From contig JBHGNT010000004.1 of NCBI GenBank assembly GCA_043228905.1, positions 8,556,001-8,620,000 on the forward strand: a DNA stretch of 64,000 bases, read 5' to 3'. Source of the stretch: Azolla caroliniana (taxonomy: Eukaryota > Plantae > Polypodiophyta). Shown piece after piece: positions 63,395 to 64,000 of this stretch. The translations under genes were made by a program, and so were the position numbers. The stretch's first letter is position 1; each line of letters starts with the position of its first letter. The notes under the pieces are model-generated. The model ran no database searches. It saw only the letters and a program-made list of their open reading frames with translations, and was not told the DNA's origin.

Positions 63395-64000
63395 CATCCG
63401 GTCATTCGCCGCTTCCTCCAATAGCCTGGAACTTTCCGCTCGTTCTTCGGCGAGTGCCGTTGTGGCCCTATCAACCTCTTGCCGGAGCTCGGCCATCCGT
63501 TCCTATTGTTGTTGATGCTCCGTCTCCAGGTGCTTGTAGTCCCGATGTAGATGATCAAAATCATCGGTCTTCTGCTTTAGCCTTTGGTTGATCTGACGGT
63601 GCGCGCAGTCCTCCCGGTCCTTCTTTTGCCGGAGCTCTTCCTTCAGCCGCTCGATTTCCGTTTCCGCCATCCGCCGCAGCTTGTCTTTTTCCTGTTGCAC
63701 TTTCTCTTTTTCCTCCTTCAGCCGGTCATAAGCATGATGTCCTTTACGTAGGTTTTCCTCTGCACGGCGAAGGTTCTCAGCAGTCTTTCTTAATTCTTCT
63801 TCGGCCACCTTCTTCAAGTTGCGTTCGTGGCTCCGTAATGCTTCTTGTGCGGCAATCTCATCTTGTAATTTCGCAAGCTCTTGGGCTTGCGCCGCATGTT
63901 TCTCCGGGACAGTTTGTGTCTCCGGGGTCTTATTCTTCTGTACATCAACTGGAGTCACCAGTGCTTGGATCTGCGTTGCGGTTAAGGCCATTTTGGCCAT
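63395..64000 (-). pseudogene. Upstream part of the antisense coiled-coil ORF of N (may extend beyond the window)
   Basis: E/K/R/Q-rich helical protein (ORF 63503-64000). After one TAG at 63503 it continues ERMAELRQEV..AANDRM, joining ELHKQNHED across the O insertion. Confidence 0.7.

Larger units (their letters stand above)
56453..64000 (+). mobile_element. LTR element N (probably Tat-like Gypsy): 5' LTR 56453-56914, tRNA-Arg-type PBS 56917-56933; interrupted by O, continues beyond the window
   Basis: TGTTA...TAACA termini, with an abrupt start inside the H integrase tail. TGGCACGCCC-GTGGGAC lies 2 nt after the LTR and matches the tRNA-Arg PBS known from Tat/Retand elements, with a 1-nt deletion. 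No gag or pol is visible. Confidence 0.65.

Noticed and set aside
56969-64000. Host myosin/SMC gene or env gene
   Set aside because: It has no introns, motor or ATPase motifs, or transmembrane segment in the visible part, and it lies inside an LTR/PBS-bounded unit. It is treated as a retroelement accessory ORF.

Overview
A gene-free, plant-type heterochromatic block made almost entirely of nested LTR retrotransposons. The tRNA-Met, tRNA-Trp and tRNA-Arg primer-binding sites (PBS) and the element families point to a non-seed land plant, probably a bryophyte (inference). I resolve about 16 LTR-element insertions or remnants, many with exact LTR ends and target-site duplications (TSDs); the letter labels are mine. 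Ty3/Gypsy: LTR X, elements A, L and M, a solo LTR S, and an Arg-primed element N. Tork/Tnt1-like Ty1/Copia: B, I, K and O. A second Copia group has six copies: D, E, F, G, J and the more distant H. There are also two decayed LINE fragments in an AT-rich island. Only element B (4175-9641) is intact, with a 1337-aa Gag-Pol and LTRs that look identical. The most unusual signals are: (i) a frame-conserved, ~175-aa charged extension fused after RNase H in the D-J Copia group, bracketed by two identical polypurine tracts (PPT), the functional one lying in a conserved hairpin loop; (ii) element N, which has no gag behind its PBS but a >=461-codon antisense coiled-coil ORF that reassembles in frame once Copia O is removed; (iii) Trp-primed Gypsy elements with 4-bp TSDs and a shared U5 motif. 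All alignments and counts were made by eye and no database search was run.
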